51,553 bases of DNA from an uncultured bacterium (GTDB taxonomy: Bacteria; Patescibacteriota; Minisyncoccia; Phycocordibacterales; GWA1-40-21), in the NCBI GenBank assembly GCA_963804975.1, contig CAWDSG010000002.1, positions 1 through 51,553 of the forward strand, read 5' to 3'. A program made the translations under genes and the position numbers. Below the pieces are notes generated by a model. That model made no database searches. It was not told where the DNA came from and worked only from the letters and a program-made list of their open reading frames with translations. Below, in pieces: positions 1 through 9,023 of this stretch; position 1 is the stretch's first letter, and each line of letters begins with the position of its first letter.

Positions 1-87
1 CGGAGAGGGCGAGATTCGAACTCGCGATGCCCTTGCGGACATTCCAGTTTTCAAGACTGGTGCGTTAAACCGCTCTGCCACCTCTCC
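1..87 (-). tRNA. tRNA-Ser(UGA) with long variable arm
   Basis: The reverse complement folds as a cloverleaf: acceptor GGAGAGG/CCTCTCC, anticodon stem CCAGT/ACTGG with loop CTTGAAA, long variable arm, T-arm GCGAG-TTCGAAT-CTCGC. The 3' end lies at the window edge. Confidence 0.9.
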
Positions 88-143
88 AAATAACCGTAAA
101 CAAACATCAATTTAACCCAAATTTGCTTAATTCGCAAGATAAT

Positions 144-1892
144 TTAAAACACATCTGCAATTCTCAACCTCAACTCTTCATTGCCGTTCCAGAAGCTTTT
201 TTCAAAGTTTGCAAGCAAGTCAATTTTTTCTCCGGCAGCAATTTTTACCGAAAAATCCTCCGGTTTTGTAAAAAATCCCACTGCAGATATTTTTCGGCCT
301 TTTCCATTCCTGAAATCAATTTTCAAATGCTCGCTATTCTTGCCGAAAATCTTCACTTCCGAGATTTCAATTCCACGAAACGCAAAAATCGGTTTTGGAT
401 TGCCCATTCCAAACGGCGCAAGCAAACTTACCTGTTTTCCCAAATCATCATTCACATCGTCTATGGAAATTATCGCATCGGCGATTATTTTTTCTTTTGA
501 TTCATTTTTTACACTTAATTTTTGATACGAAATCTCAAGTTCATCGGAAAGCAGATCAACTTTGTCAAAATGCACGGTAAATCCGCCCGAGGCCGCATGG
601 CCGCCGTATTCAGAAAACACATTGGAAGATTCCCTCATCATCGCCACAATATCCACACAACCGTCCGATCTGCAGGAACCTTTCAAAGTTTTCCCTTCTT
701 CTCTGCCCCAGAGAAAAACCGGGCCATTATGCTCGTCCATAAGCGAACTTGCCACAAGTCCTAAGAGCGACGGCTTCCAATCCGGATTTCCTGCCACCAA
801 AACTTTTCTTTTTTTCTCCGAATCTCTTTCTTTCCAGTACTTTTTGATTTCTTTCACCATCGCCGCCACGACTCCTTTCCTTTCTTTGTTTATTTTATCC
901 AAATGTCGCGCGTATTTGTCCGCCTCCGTCTCGTCCGAGGTACTAAGCAGTAAAAATGCGTCTTCCGGTTCGCCCATTCTTGAAGCGGCATTTATTCTAG
1001 GGCTTATCATGAAAGAAATATCGTCTTCCGAAACATTTTTCTGGTCAATTCTCAAAAGCGAGAAAAGTTTCTGGAGCCCGGGTCTTGGTGATTTCCTCAA
1101 AACCTTAAGACCGTATCGGGCAAAAATCCTATTTTCGCCGATAAGCGGAACCATATCGGAAATCGTGGCAATCGCCACCATATCAAGGAGCCATTTCTCC
1201 CAACCAACTTTTATATTGAATTTTTCCGCATGTTTTTTCAAAAACGCCTGGACAAATTTGAAAACCACGCCGGTGGCGCAAAGATTTTTGTCCGGATATC
1301 CGCATTTTGACTGTTTTGGATTGATAATTGCGACGGCGTCTGGAAGTTTTTCTTTATTTTTTACCAAGGTCGGCAAATGGTGGTCTATTATTATCAAATC
1401 TATGCCAAGTTTTTTGATTTTTTTTGCTTCTTTCACATCTGCAATTCCGCAATCAATTGTTATGATCAGATTTACTTTTTTTCCGGCAAATTCGTCTATC
1501 GCCTGTTCATTCAAACCGAATCCTTCAAGCACGCGATGCGGAATATAATTTTCAAAAAAATCAAAGCCAATTTTTTTGAAAAAATCATGCATTATGACCG
1601 CTCCCGGTATGCCATCAGCATCATAATCGGAAAATATTATTATCTTTTCTTTCTTTTCAATCGCATCATGTATTCTTTTCACTGCTTTTTCCATATCCTT
1701 CATCAGAAAAGGATCGTGATTTTCCTCATAAACCGGATTTAAAAATTTCTCCGCATCTTTTGCAGTCTTGATTCCTCTGTAATATAGAAATTTGCGCAAA
1801 ATTTCCGGACCTGCCTGCCGGCCAGGCAGGTATTTTTCAAGTTCCTTGCTCGCTTTTTCGTCTATTTCTCCCCTGACTGAATAATTTTGCAT
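144..1892 (-). CDS. recJ: single-stranded-DNA-specific exonuclease RecJ (DHH/DHHA1)
   Basis: 582-aa ORF with DHH-family motifs (SDYDADG, IIIDHH, GGHAASGG) and the typical RecJ N-terminus (RGI..AEKFLNP). It carries the 21-bp palindrome in-frame near the N-terminus. Confidence 0.9.
   Translation of the reverse strand: MQNYSVRGEIDEKASKELEKYLPGRQAGPEILRKFLYYRGIKTAKDAEKFLNPVYEENHDPFLMKDMEKAVKRIHDAIEKKEKIIIFSDYDADGIPGAVIMHDFFKKIGFDFFENYIPHRVLEGFGLNEQAIDEFAGKKVNLIITIDCGIADVKEAKKIKKLGIDLIIIDHHLPTLVKNKEKLPDAVAIINPKQSKCGYPDKNLCATGVVFKFVQAFLKKHAEKFNIKVGWEKWLLDMVAIATISDMVPLIGENRIFARYGLKVLRKSPRPGLQKLFSLLRIDQKNVSEDDISFMISPRINAASRMGEPEDAFLLLSTSDETEADKYARHLDKINKERKGVVAAMVKEIKKYWKERDSEKKRKVLVAGNPDWKPSLLGLVASSLMDEHNGPVFLWGREEGKTLKGSCRSDGCVDIVAMMRESSNVFSEYGGHAASGGFTVHFDKVDLLSDELEISYQKLSVKNESKEKIIADAIISIDDVNDDLGKQVSLLAPFGMGNPKPIFAFRGIEISEVKIFGKNSEHLKIDFRNGKGRKISAVGFFTKPEDFSVKIAAGEKIDLLANFEKSFWNGNEELRLRIADVF
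1810..1830 (+). repeat. GC-rich 21-bp palindromic element, in-frame in recJ (encodes LPGRQAG)
   Basis: The + strand reads cctgcctgccggccaggcagg. The stem is 8 bp, or 9 with the flanking a/t, and the centre is 5 nt. Confidence 0.85.
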
Positions 1893-1899
1893 AGAAACA

Positions 1900-2673
1900 T
1901 TATTTTCCTATCTCTTTGATGAGTTCGACAAAATCATTGGTTTTCAAACTCTCTCTTCCAACCAGAAGTCCGTCAACATTTCCTTTTTCTACGATTTCTT
2001 TTGCGTTGCCTTTGGTCACCGAACCGCCATAAAGTATCATGATTTTTCCCAAATCTTTCTTTCCCAGAATATCGCTCACGACTTTTTTTATAAAAATCGC
2101 CATTTCGTAAAGTTTTTCCCCGTTCATCGCTTCTTTTTCTGATTTTCCTATTGCCCAAATCGGCTCGTAAGCCAAAATCAGATTTTTCGCGAATTTTTTC
2201 GGCAATTTTTCAATCGCGCTTCCAATCTGCCTTTTTATTTCCGGATATTGATCGCCATGCTCGTTTCTTTCTTTTTCTCCGACGCAAAGTATTGCTTTCA
2301 AGCCCTCTTTGAGCACGCCAAAAAGTTTTTCTCTGACAATTTCATCGCTGTCTCCGGCCGCTCTTTTTTCCGAATGCCCGACAATTACATATTTAACGCC
2401 GATTTTTTTAAGCATTTCCGGACTTATTTCTCCGGTATGTGCAACTCCTTGGCCCGCAAAAACATCTTGCGCGCCCAGCACGACTTTTCTTGACGAAGAA
2501 ATCGCTTTTGCGACTGCATTGAGGAACAAAAACGGCGGACAAATGATAAGCTTTGTGGACCCGAAACTCCTTGATTTTCTTGCTATTTCCGAAGAAATCG
2601 CTTTTGCCTTATCAAGCGATTCCGGATTCATTTTCCAGTTAGCCACTATCAATTTCTTCTTGGTTTTTGCCAT
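1900..2673 (-). CDS. tpiA: triosephosphate isomerase
   Basis: VANWKMN, GHSERR-like (VGHSEKR) and AYEPIWAIG motifs. Start taken at MAKTKKK; an alternative upstream ATG is at 2682. Confidence 0.92.
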   Translation of the reverse strand: MAKTKKKLIVANWKMNPESLDKAKAISSEIARKSRSFGSTKLIICPPFLFLNAVAKAISSSRKVVLGAQDVFAGQGVAHTGEISPEMLKKIGVKYVIVGHSEKRAAGDSDEIVREKLFGVLKEGLKAILCVGEKERNEHGDQYPEIKRQIGSAIEKLPKKFAKNLILAYEPIWAIGKSEKEAMNGEKLYEMAIFIKKVVSDILGKKDLGKIMILYGGSVTKGNAKEIVEKGNVDGLLVGRESLKTNDFVELIKEIGK

Positions 2674-2721
2674 ATGGATCAATTATACCATTTTAAATAT
2701 ATTTGCTATAATACTTCCGGC

Positions 2722-3183
2722 ATGGAAAATAAAATTTCTTGGAAAGCGCTTGAATATAAAAGGAAGGAAAAAACAGCCGACTGGTACTGGGCTGTCATAA
2801 TTATTGCAATATCAATCATTGTGATTGCGTTTATCGCCAGAGACGGTTTGTTTGCAATTTTCGTACTCCTTGCGACGATAACACTCCTTATGTTTTCCAT
2901 AAAACAGCCGAAATGGGTGGATGTGGCAATAGATCGGCGCGGATTCACTGTCGGCAACGATACATATCCGTTTGCGACGCTTAATGAATTCTGGGTTGAT
3001 ATCAGCGAAAAAAACAATGAAAAAATAATTCTTAAATCAAAAAGGGTAATTATGCCGCTTATCATCATCCCGATTGAAGAGCATCATCATTTGGATGTCC
3101 GCGAATTCCTTTTAAAATATCTTCCCGAAAAAGAATTGCACGAACCGCTTGCGCAGAAAATAATGGAAAGATTGGGATTTTAA
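2722..3183 (+). CDS. hypothetical membrane protein (2 TM segments)
   Basis: ORF with a hydrophobic N-terminal hairpin (WYWAVIIIAISIIVIAF.. / FAIFVLLATITLLMF). Start chosen at MENKISW. No family recognised. Confidence 0.55.
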   Translation: MENKISWKALEYKRKEKTADWYWAVIIIAISIIVIAFIARDGLFAIFVLLATITLLMFSIKQPKWVDVAIDRRGFTVGNDTYPFATLNEFWVDISEKNNEKIILKSKRVIMPLIIIPIEEHHHLDVREFLLKYLPEKELHEPLAQKIMERLGF

Positions 3184-3187
3184 TATC

Positions 3188-3261
3188 TCCTCTCATCGTT
3201 CAATGGATAGGACAAACCCTTGCGAAGGGTTAGATCGAGGTTCGATTCCTCGTGGGAGGAC
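3188..3261 (+). tRNA. tRNA-Arg(GCG)
   Basis: Acceptor TCCTCTC/GGGAGGA, anticodon stem AACCC/GGGTT with loop TTGCGAA, T-arm CGAGGTTCGATTCCTCG. No encoded CCA. Confidence 0.85.
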
Positions 3262-3297
3262 AATTATAAAAAATAAAATAACCCTTTCAGGGTTATT

Positions 3298-3570
3298 TTA
3301 TTTTTTTGCTTTCGCTTTATTCAAAAATTTTGTAATTTTTGATTTGTACCTGGCAGCGGTATTCTTTTTCAAAAATTTTGTCTTTACCGCTTTGTCTATT
3401 GCCTTGTAAACTTCCGGCAGCAATATTTGCGCCTCTTTTATTTTATTTTCCTTTATGAGTTTTTTTATGCTTTTCAGAGCGGAATCTATCGTATTTTTTC
3501 TGCGGATATTGAAAATCTGCTTCCTTTCGGCAACTCTTAATGCTTTTTTTGCTGATGATGTTATAGGCAT
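3298..3570 (-). CDS. rpsT: 30S ribosomal protein S20
   Basis: 90-aa basic protein beginning MPITSSAKKALRVAERK, typical of S20. Confidence 0.9.
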   Translation of the reverse strand: MPITSSAKKALRVAERKQIFNIRRKNTIDSALKSIKKLIKENKIKEAQILLPEVYKAIDKAVKTKFLKKNTAARYKSKITKFLNKAKAKK

Positions 3571-3648
3571 GATATTTTATTTACGAGAAACCAATTTAAC
3601 ACTTTCAAACCATAAAAGCAAGTTTAAAATATGTGATATAATATAAAT

Positions 3649-4230
3649 ATGATAGCAAAAATTGAAGGCATAGTTTGGGATACCAATAATAAATTTCTCG
3701 TGGTCGGTGTTGGCCTGCCCGGCCAGGGCGGAGTGGGGTTTAAAATTTACACAACCACAGAAACAAAAGAAGTTGCGATAAAAGGCACGAAAATTTCCCT
3801 CTTCACTCACTTGGCTGTGCGGGAAGATGCGCTTGACCTTTATGGATTTCTTTCGGAAGAAGAGCTTAATTTTTTTGAACTTTTGATTTCCATTTCCGGC
3901 ATCGGCCCAAAAACAGCTTTAAATGTTTTAAATGTCAGCTCCGTTTCTCTTCTCAAAAAAGCCATTTCTACCGCCGACACATCCCACCTGATTAAAGTTT
4001 CAGGCATCGGCAAGAAAATCGCGGAAAAAATCGTGCTTGAGCTCAAAGATAAAATATTCACGCAAAAAGAAACCGACATGAATTTGAAAGATGAGATTGA
4101 CGCGATGGAAGCTCTGCAGAGCTTGGGCTATTCGCAAAGAGAAGTCCGTGAAGCTCTGAAAAAAATTGACCAAAAATTTGTTAAAACGCAGGATAAAATA
4201 AAAGAAGCGTTGAAAGTTTTGGGGAAATAA
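3649..4230 (+). CDS. ruvA: Holliday junction DNA helicase subunit RuvA
   Basis: 193 aa. N-terminal MIAKIEG.., GGVGF motif, HhH motifs (ISGIGPKTA, VSGIGKKIAEKI), C-terminal domain III (ALQSLGY). Contains a 5-codon LPGQG insertion. Confidence 0.9.
   Translation: MIAKIEGIVWDTNNKFLVVGVGLPGQGGVGFKIYTTTETKEVAIKGTKISLFTHLAVREDALDLYGFLSEEELNFFELLISISGIGPKTALNVLNVSSVSLLKKAISTADTSHLIKVSGIGKKIAEKIVLELKDKIFTQKETDMNLKDEIDAMEALQSLGYSQREVREALKKIDQKFVKTQDKIKEALKVLGK
3712..3730 (+). repeat. short form of the GC-rich palindromic element (CCTG-CCCGGC-CAGG) in-frame in ruvA
   Basis: ggC CTG CCC GGC CAG GGC encodes G-LPGQG and interrupts VVGV-GGVGF. The codon phase (xxC CTG CCx) is the same as in the full 21-bp copies. 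Confidence 0.6.
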
Positions 4231-4260
4231 AAAAGGCGTAACACTTTAGATGTTACGCCC
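4231..4260 (-). terminator. intrinsic terminator for the 4279..4947 gene
   Basis: Hairpin GGCGTAACA-N7-TGTTACGCC with an A-run on the + strand, which is a T-run on the - strand. Confidence 0.7.
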
Positions 4261-4278
4261 ATTCTCATTAACTAAAAA

Positions 4279-4947
4279 CTAAAGAAGAGTTAAGGGCACA
4301 AAAATTTGATTGTCTTGAAAACACAAATTATATAATGCACCTTTCCTATTAACTTTGTGGGTTATTACCGAGAAATAATATCCGAGTGTATGAAAATCCC
4401 TGTAAATACTCGAAACTTCAATAACTCTCAGAATATTGCTTTGATCTCGGACAAAGAAAATATTCCCGGGTTCGCCTCTGCCCAAAAGAGTTTTTTTGTC
4501 AAAGGTGAAGCCTGAGTATCTTTCCATCAAAAGAAATATGTCTGCAAAGGTTGTTTCCACTTTGTTTTCGCCGCCAAACTCGGAAACAATGTCCTCGTAA
4601 TACATTTCTTTCTTGGCAAGATTGAAACAGCCCAACACTTTCGCTTTTTCCGGCTTCTCGACTTTTTCTTCGCATCTGATAAAGTCTTCCCCGCCGATAT
4701 AACCTATCTTTGCCGGTCCGACATGATTTACCACAAAATTATTTTTTACGACAAATGTGCTGGCTCTCTCGGGTATATTCACGCACCCGACAATCTTAAA
4801 TTTTTCCCAACACAATTCTTGGCGGAGGAAACGATTGAATTGATCGTTCCATAATTCGTGATTTTTTCCTCCAAGATTTACCAAAAGATGATGCAACGGT
4901 CCGGACTCAAATTCAGTCCGAAGCGCATTACTGAGCATGTTATCCAT
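4279..4947 (-). CDS. hypothetical protein
   Basis: 222-aa ORF with a good RBS (AAGGAG about 8 nt upstream of the ATG) and its own terminator. No family recognised. Confidence 0.65.
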   Translation of the reverse strand: MDNMLSNALRTEFESGPLHHLLVNLGGKNHELWNDQFNRFLRQELCWEKFKIVGCVNIPERASTFVVKNNFVVNHVGPAKIGYIGGEDFIRCEEKVEKPEKAKVLGCFNLAKKEMYYEDIVSEFGGENKVETTFADIFLLMERYSGFTFDKKTLLGRGEPGNIFFVRDQSNILRVIEVSSIYRDFHTLGYYFSVITHKVNRKGALYNLCFQDNQIFVPLTLL

Positions 4948-5092
4948 GGTCAGTCTCCTTTACAGAGATTTAACAAAAGAACCTTGGAAAGTCTTTATGT
5001 ATCAAAGAGCTTTGCAAAATTCTAGTTTAAGTTAAGCATATTCAAATATATATATCAAATAATTATATAAATTTTATTAACTGATGAATTTA

Positions 5093-6004
5093 TTAGACAA
5101 CTGTTAATTTCTGATGCACTGGGCAAAAATGCGCGCTTCGGCCGCCTATTTTTATTCTTTTTATAATTCCGCCGTCTTTCTTGCCGCATTTCTCTCCTGT
5201 TCTTTGGTAAGCCTTGTGAATTTTTTGATATCCGCCTTTTTCACCGTACGGATTTCTGTAATCCGACATTGAATCTCCGCCGACTGTTATGGCTTGTTTT
5301 AAAATTTTCAAAATGCTCTGGTACAGCGATTTCATTTTGCTTTCGGTTATATTTTCCACTTTTTCAAGCGGATGAATTCCGGAATACCAAAGAACTTCAT
5401 CGGAATATATATTTCCTATTCCTGAAATAATTTCCTGGTCCATTAAGATTGTTTTTATTATTCCTTTCGGTTTCTTCAGCAATCTTTCCTTGAAAATTTT
5501 ATAAGTGAAATTTTTATCCAATGGTTCCGGTCCGAGTTTTTTCAAATCATCTTCTTTATCGATTTTGTCCGTGTCCGATACGAAAACTTTGGCGAATTTT
5601 CTCATGTCCGATAAGACAAGATTATTTTTATCCGATAAAGTGAAAACCAAATGGATGAAACGGTTGAATGGATCGGAAAGCAAACCATCATTTTGAGGGA
5701 ACCATTTTTTGCCGGCAAATTTATATTTTCCATATAAAAAATGTCCGGTCATTTTCATATGAACCAAAATGGTTTTGTTTCTTGAAACATTTATCAGCAC
5801 ATTTTTTGCTCTTCTTTTTACACCTAAAATTTTCCTGCCGACAGTTTCTTTTTTGAAAATCTTAAAATAATTTTTGTCCTTTATATTATTTTCCCCTTTA
5901 TGGAATGACGAATCGTAATCCGTCCAGACATCCAAAATCCGAAGACCTTTGATCTTTTTGTTCAGAATATTCACTGTTGTTTGCACTTCAGGCAATTCTG
6001 GCAT
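5093..6004 (-). CDS. mutM: formamidopyrimidine-DNA glycosylase (Fpg/Nei family)
   Basis: N-terminal MPELPEV catalytic motif, H2TH region and a C-terminal zinc finger (C..C....GGRSAHFCPVHQ). Confidence 0.88.
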   Translation of the reverse strand: MPELPEVQTTVNILNKKIKGLRILDVWTDYDSSFHKGENNIKDKNYFKIFKKETVGRKILGVKRRAKNVLINVSRNKTILVHMKMTGHFLYGKYKFAGKKWFPQNDGLLSDPFNRFIHLVFTLSDKNNLVLSDMRKFAKVFVSDTDKIDKEDDLKKLGPEPLDKNFTYKIFKERLLKKPKGIIKTILMDQEIISGIGNIYSDEVLWYSGIHPLEKVENITESKMKSLYQSILKILKQAITVGGDSMSDYRNPYGEKGGYQKIHKAYQRTGEKCGKKDGGIIKRIKIGGRSAHFCPVHQKLTVV

Positions 6005-6042
6005 AATTTAAGTTTAAAATGAAAAATATAAAAAGTAAAATT

Positions 6043-6522
6043 TTAAAAAATCCGATATCCCGCTATTCCAAACGCCACGCTGACATTCAATGATTCCTTC
6101 TTGCCTGCCATCGGGATTTCGGCAATCAGGTCGGCAAACTTGAGAATATTTTTGGAAATTCCCGAGACCTCATTGCCCAAAAGCAAAACGGTCGGATATT
6201 TCGGCCTGACTTTTTTGAAATCAACAGATTTTTTGTCCTGTTCAATAGCTATTATCTGGAATTTTTCTTTTTTCAACTTTTTCAAAACACTTGAAGCGCT
6301 AAGCGAATATTCCCATTCAATATTTTTTTCCGCGCCAAGTGCAACTTTAGCTAGATCTTGCCTAGTTCTTCCGAATCTATCTATCGGCGCCGGTGTCGTT
6401 CCGCATAAATATATTTTATCCACCGAAAGCGCGTCCGCCGTCCGAAAAATTGAACCTACATTGTAAACGCTGCGTATATTATCCAGAATCACCACTTTTT
6501 GTTTTTTAATTTTCTTTTTCAT
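6043..6522 (-). CDS. SpoU/TrmH-family RNA 2'-O-methyltransferase
   Basis: 159 aa with the SPOUT motifs NVGSIFRTADA, LLLGNEVSGIS and IPMAG..ESLNVSVA. Confidence 0.8.
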   Translation of the reverse strand: MKKKIKKQKVVILDNIRSVYNVGSIFRTADALSVDKIYLCGTTPAPIDRFGRTRQDLAKVALGAEKNIEWEYSLSASSVLKKLKKEKFQIIAIEQDKKSVDFKKVRPKYPTVLLLGNEVSGISKNILKFADLIAEIPMAGKKESLNVSVAFGIAGYRIF

Positions 6523-6614
6523 TTCAGTTTAGATATTAGCAGAAAGCGCACAAATGAAAAGCCAGTGATTTGACATTTGGATATGAATCATTATAATTGG
6601 CAACAAAATAGTTC

Positions 6615-6875
6615 TTGGTATTGATATGTAGGCTGCAAATGACGGAAAAATACTTCTTGGAAATAATCACCAAATGGTTTTGGTTTAATGCCGATAAACC
6701 AACACTAAATATGGTTATCGATAAAGTAATAGGCGCTTCGAACAGGCCTGAATTGTTCGAAAAACTTGAGGAAAGATTTATTACCAAAATCCCCCGCAAG
6801 GCTGCTAAGAAATTCATAACCTTTCTTGCTATATATAAGCACCTCAAGAAAGTTGTGCCGAAACAGTTCGCTTAA
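6615..6875 (+). CDS. hypothetical small protein (start may be 6639)
   Basis: ORF followed by a clean intrinsic terminator. No family recognised. Confidence 0.4.
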   Translation: MVLICRLQMTEKYFLEIITKWFWFNADKPTLNMVIDKVIGASNRPELFEKLEERFITKIPRKAAKKFITFLAIYKHLKKVVPKQFA

Positions 6876-6897
6876 AAAAACCGCTGACTGTATTTTA

Positions 6898-6930
6898 AAG
6901 CCCAAATCTAACAAGATTTGGGCTTTTTTC
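6898..6930 (+). terminator. intrinsic terminator
   Basis: GCCCAAATCT-AACA-AGATTTGGGC followed by TTTTTT. Confidence 0.8.
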
Positions 6931-6967
6931 ATAATATTTATATTAAATTTTGAATTTTTGATAATCG

Positions 6968-6991
6968 TTTGACATTTGACATTTGACATTT
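6968..6991 (+). promoter_or_regulatory. three tandem TTTGACA units (overlapping -35-like boxes) upstream of acpP
   Basis: tttgaca tttgaca tttgaca ttt. The last TTGACA is 16-17 nt from TATACT. Confidence 0.45.
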
Positions 6992-7047
6992 AATTACGAA
7001 TATTTATACTTGCCATAAAGCAGTTATTTTGAAATAGGGGGTGGCAA

Positions 7048-7278
7048 ATGTCGATTGAAGAAAAAGTGAAGAAAATCATTGCTGATCAACGTAAAGTTGA
7101 ACCTGAGAACTTAAAATCAGAAACATCTCTTCGTGATGATCTGGGCGCTGATTCCTTGGATGAAGTTGAGATAGCAATGGATTTAGATGAGGAATTTGAT
7201 ATTGACATATCGGAAGAAGACCGCGGAAAAATCAAAACCGTCGGCGACGCCATCAATTACGTCAAATCTAAAGGGTGA
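7048..7278 (+). CDS. acpP: acyl carrier protein
   Basis: 76 aa, acidic, with the phosphopantetheine attachment motif LGADSLD. RBS GGGGGTGG. Confidence 0.85.
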   Translation: MSIEEKVKKIIADQRKVEPENLKSETSLRDDLGADSLDEVEIAMDLDEEFDIDISEEDRGKIKTVGDAINYVKSKG

Positions 7279-7310
7279 ATAAATAACATAAAACGAAAGG
7301 TGAATCTGCA

Positions 7311-7344
7311 AAGCCCCGGCCAATATTAGGTTGGGGCTTTTTTC
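7311..7344 (+). terminator. intrinsic terminator after acpP
   Basis: AAGCCCC...GGGGCTT hairpin followed by a T-run. Confidence 0.75.
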
Positions 7345-7403
7345 ATGATATTTATTTGTCTGGACTTTTGTTTCAAAACTAAACTAGTGTATAATAAACG
7401 CAT

Positions 7404-7811
7404 ATGATATTAAATGTATTCCCGGGACTTCTAACATACAGCATTCTTGCTCCTCTCATTTTGAGAGTCGTGCTTGGTTTTATCGCCATAGACCTCGGAT
7501 GCCTGAAACTTGGCAAGGAACATCGGGAGTGGAAAGAGCTTTTTGATATTATACATTTCCGCCCTTCGCATTTTTTTGTAAAAATTCTCGCATGGATTGA
7601 AATGCTGGGCGGGCTTATGCTTCTTGCCGGAGCATACACGCAAGTCGTAGCGATAGTTTTTGCCGTGGCGTTTTTCTGCGAAAGCGTCGTTGAATACCGC
7701 GAAGAAAGTTTGGAAAAAAGAAATTTTCCTTTTTATATATTGATGCTTGCCATTTCTCTTTCGCTGATCTTTTTGGGAGCAGGGGCTTTTGCACTGGACA
7801 GCGCTTTATAA
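7404..7811 (+). CDS. DoxX-family membrane protein
   Basis: 135 aa with 4 hydrophobic segments and a LLRVVLGFIAI.. / GGLMLLAG pattern typical of DoxX. Confidence 0.7.
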   Translation: MILNVFPGLLTYSILAPLILRVVLGFIAIDLGCLKLGKEHREWKELFDIIHFRPSHFFVKILAWIEMLGGLMLLAGAYTQVVAIVFAVAFFCESVVEYREESLEKRNFPFYILMLAISLSLIFLGAGAFALDSAL

Positions 7812-7826
7812 ATTTAAATTAATGAT

Positions 7827-7866
7827 AAAATCGGCCCGGAACCGAAGGTTCCGGGCCTTTTGTTTT
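7827..7866. terminator. bidirectional intrinsic terminator
   Basis: GGCCCGGAACC-GAA-GGTTCCGGGCC flanked by an A-run and a T-run, between convergent genes. Confidence 0.85.
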
Positions 7867-7884
7867 TCCTTTCTTTTCAAATTA

Positions 7885-8268
7885 CTATACATAATTACGA
7901 TACAAACTCTCTTCGGGTATTCGCTCCATGGCCGTAGGATAATCTTTCACAATTATCTTGATACCCATTTTCTTGGCTTTTTCCTGCAATTTCCTTTCTC
8001 TTCTTCTTCTCCTTCTGTCTTTTTGTTTTCGTATCCTTTCCCAAAGATACATGAGAGTTTTCTCGTATTTTACTATTTTCCCTTTTGGTTCTCCTAAAAC
8101 CCATCCGCCTTTTCCATCTTCTCTTGGCTCATACAGCCACCCAATAGTTCTTCTTACTGATCCTCCTTTTCCCCTCAAAAAAAGCTTTTTTGATGACGGC
8201 GCTTTGATTCTAGGCTCGGGTATTTTTATAACCATTGCCACCCCCAAAAAAAATAAAGATCTCTTCAT
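7885..8268 (-). CDS. hypothetical highly basic protein
   Basis: 127-aa ORF with an RRRRRRERK tract and a weak RBS (AAGGGA). No family recognised. Confidence 0.45.
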   Translation of the reverse strand: MKRSLFFLGVAMVIKIPEPRIKAPSSKKLFLRGKGGSVRRTIGWLYEPREDGKGGWVLGEPKGKIVKYEKTLMYLWERIRKQKDRRRRRRERKLQEKAKKMGIKIIVKDYPTAMERIPEESLYRNYV

Positions 8269-8429
8269 GTAATATTCTATCCCTTATAAAAACTGTGTCA
8301 ATTTGTGCCCCAGCCCAGAAATTATTATAAATGTTTTGAGTGATAAAAGTTATATAGAGGAGATGTACTCGAGGTTTTTGTATATTAAATTAAAGAGATG
8401 AGGAAATAAAACAATTTGATAAGATTTAA

Positions 8430-9023
8430 TTAAAAACCATCATAAACATAAACCTCTGTGGCGTCCATGTCTGAACCTATACGAACAAGGATGTCATTTT
8501 TATCAGGGCGGTATACTGCACTAACATATCTGTTACCAGTCGGAACATTTATGTGTTTAACTGTAGTAATATTTTCATATTTAAATTCCCTAGCCGTGGG
8601 CACAATTGACATACTTCTATCCCCAGTAATACCGATGGCGATACTTTTATCATTTGTCAGTTTAACAATATCTTTTCTACGATTTCCTGGTAAATTCAAA
8701 TCAAGATCGCCAGCCCAGACATGAACCAAAGTATATTTATTATGGCCATCTTCTTGAGGAGTTTTAATAAGAAATACGTTGCAATCGGCTGCATTATCAG
8801 TTCGAATCGGTAAGTGTTCTGTTGAAGCCATACATCCTTGATTTACAATGGTACTGACGGCACCCCTTGCTTTAGCATCATTTGCAAATTTAGGAACTTC
8901 GCTAACGGGAATAATTTTGATTGGTGCTTTAATTTCCTCAATATTTTTGTACATTTCTTGGATTGCAATTTCACGCGGATCTTTTTCCATTTCCCTCATT
9001 TGTTTTTCTAGCCAATTGGTCAT
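8430..9023 (-). CDS. hypothetical protein
   Basis: 197-aa ORF with no obvious RBS and no family recognised. Confidence 0.5.
   Translation of the reverse strand: MTNWLEKQMREMEKDPREIAIQEMYKNIEEIKAPIKIIPVSEVPKFANDAKARGAVSTIVNQGCMASTEHLPIRTDNAADCNVFLIKTPQEDGHNKYTLVHVWAGDLDLNLPGNRRKDIVKLTNDKSIAIGITGDRSMSIVPTAREFKYENITTVKHINVPTGNRYVSAVYRPDKNDILVRIGSDMDATEVYVYDGF

Noticed and set aside
562-1548. A 328-aa ORF on the + strand antisense to recJ. Similar long antisense ORFs occur at 20634-21152, 34031-34396, 34739-35275, 38744-39280 and 43459-44025.
   Set aside because: Each lies fully inside a well-supported gene on the other strand. They have low-complexity, Ser/Phe/Ile-rich translations and lack RBSs. 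These are typical shadow ORFs of AT-rich coding sequence.
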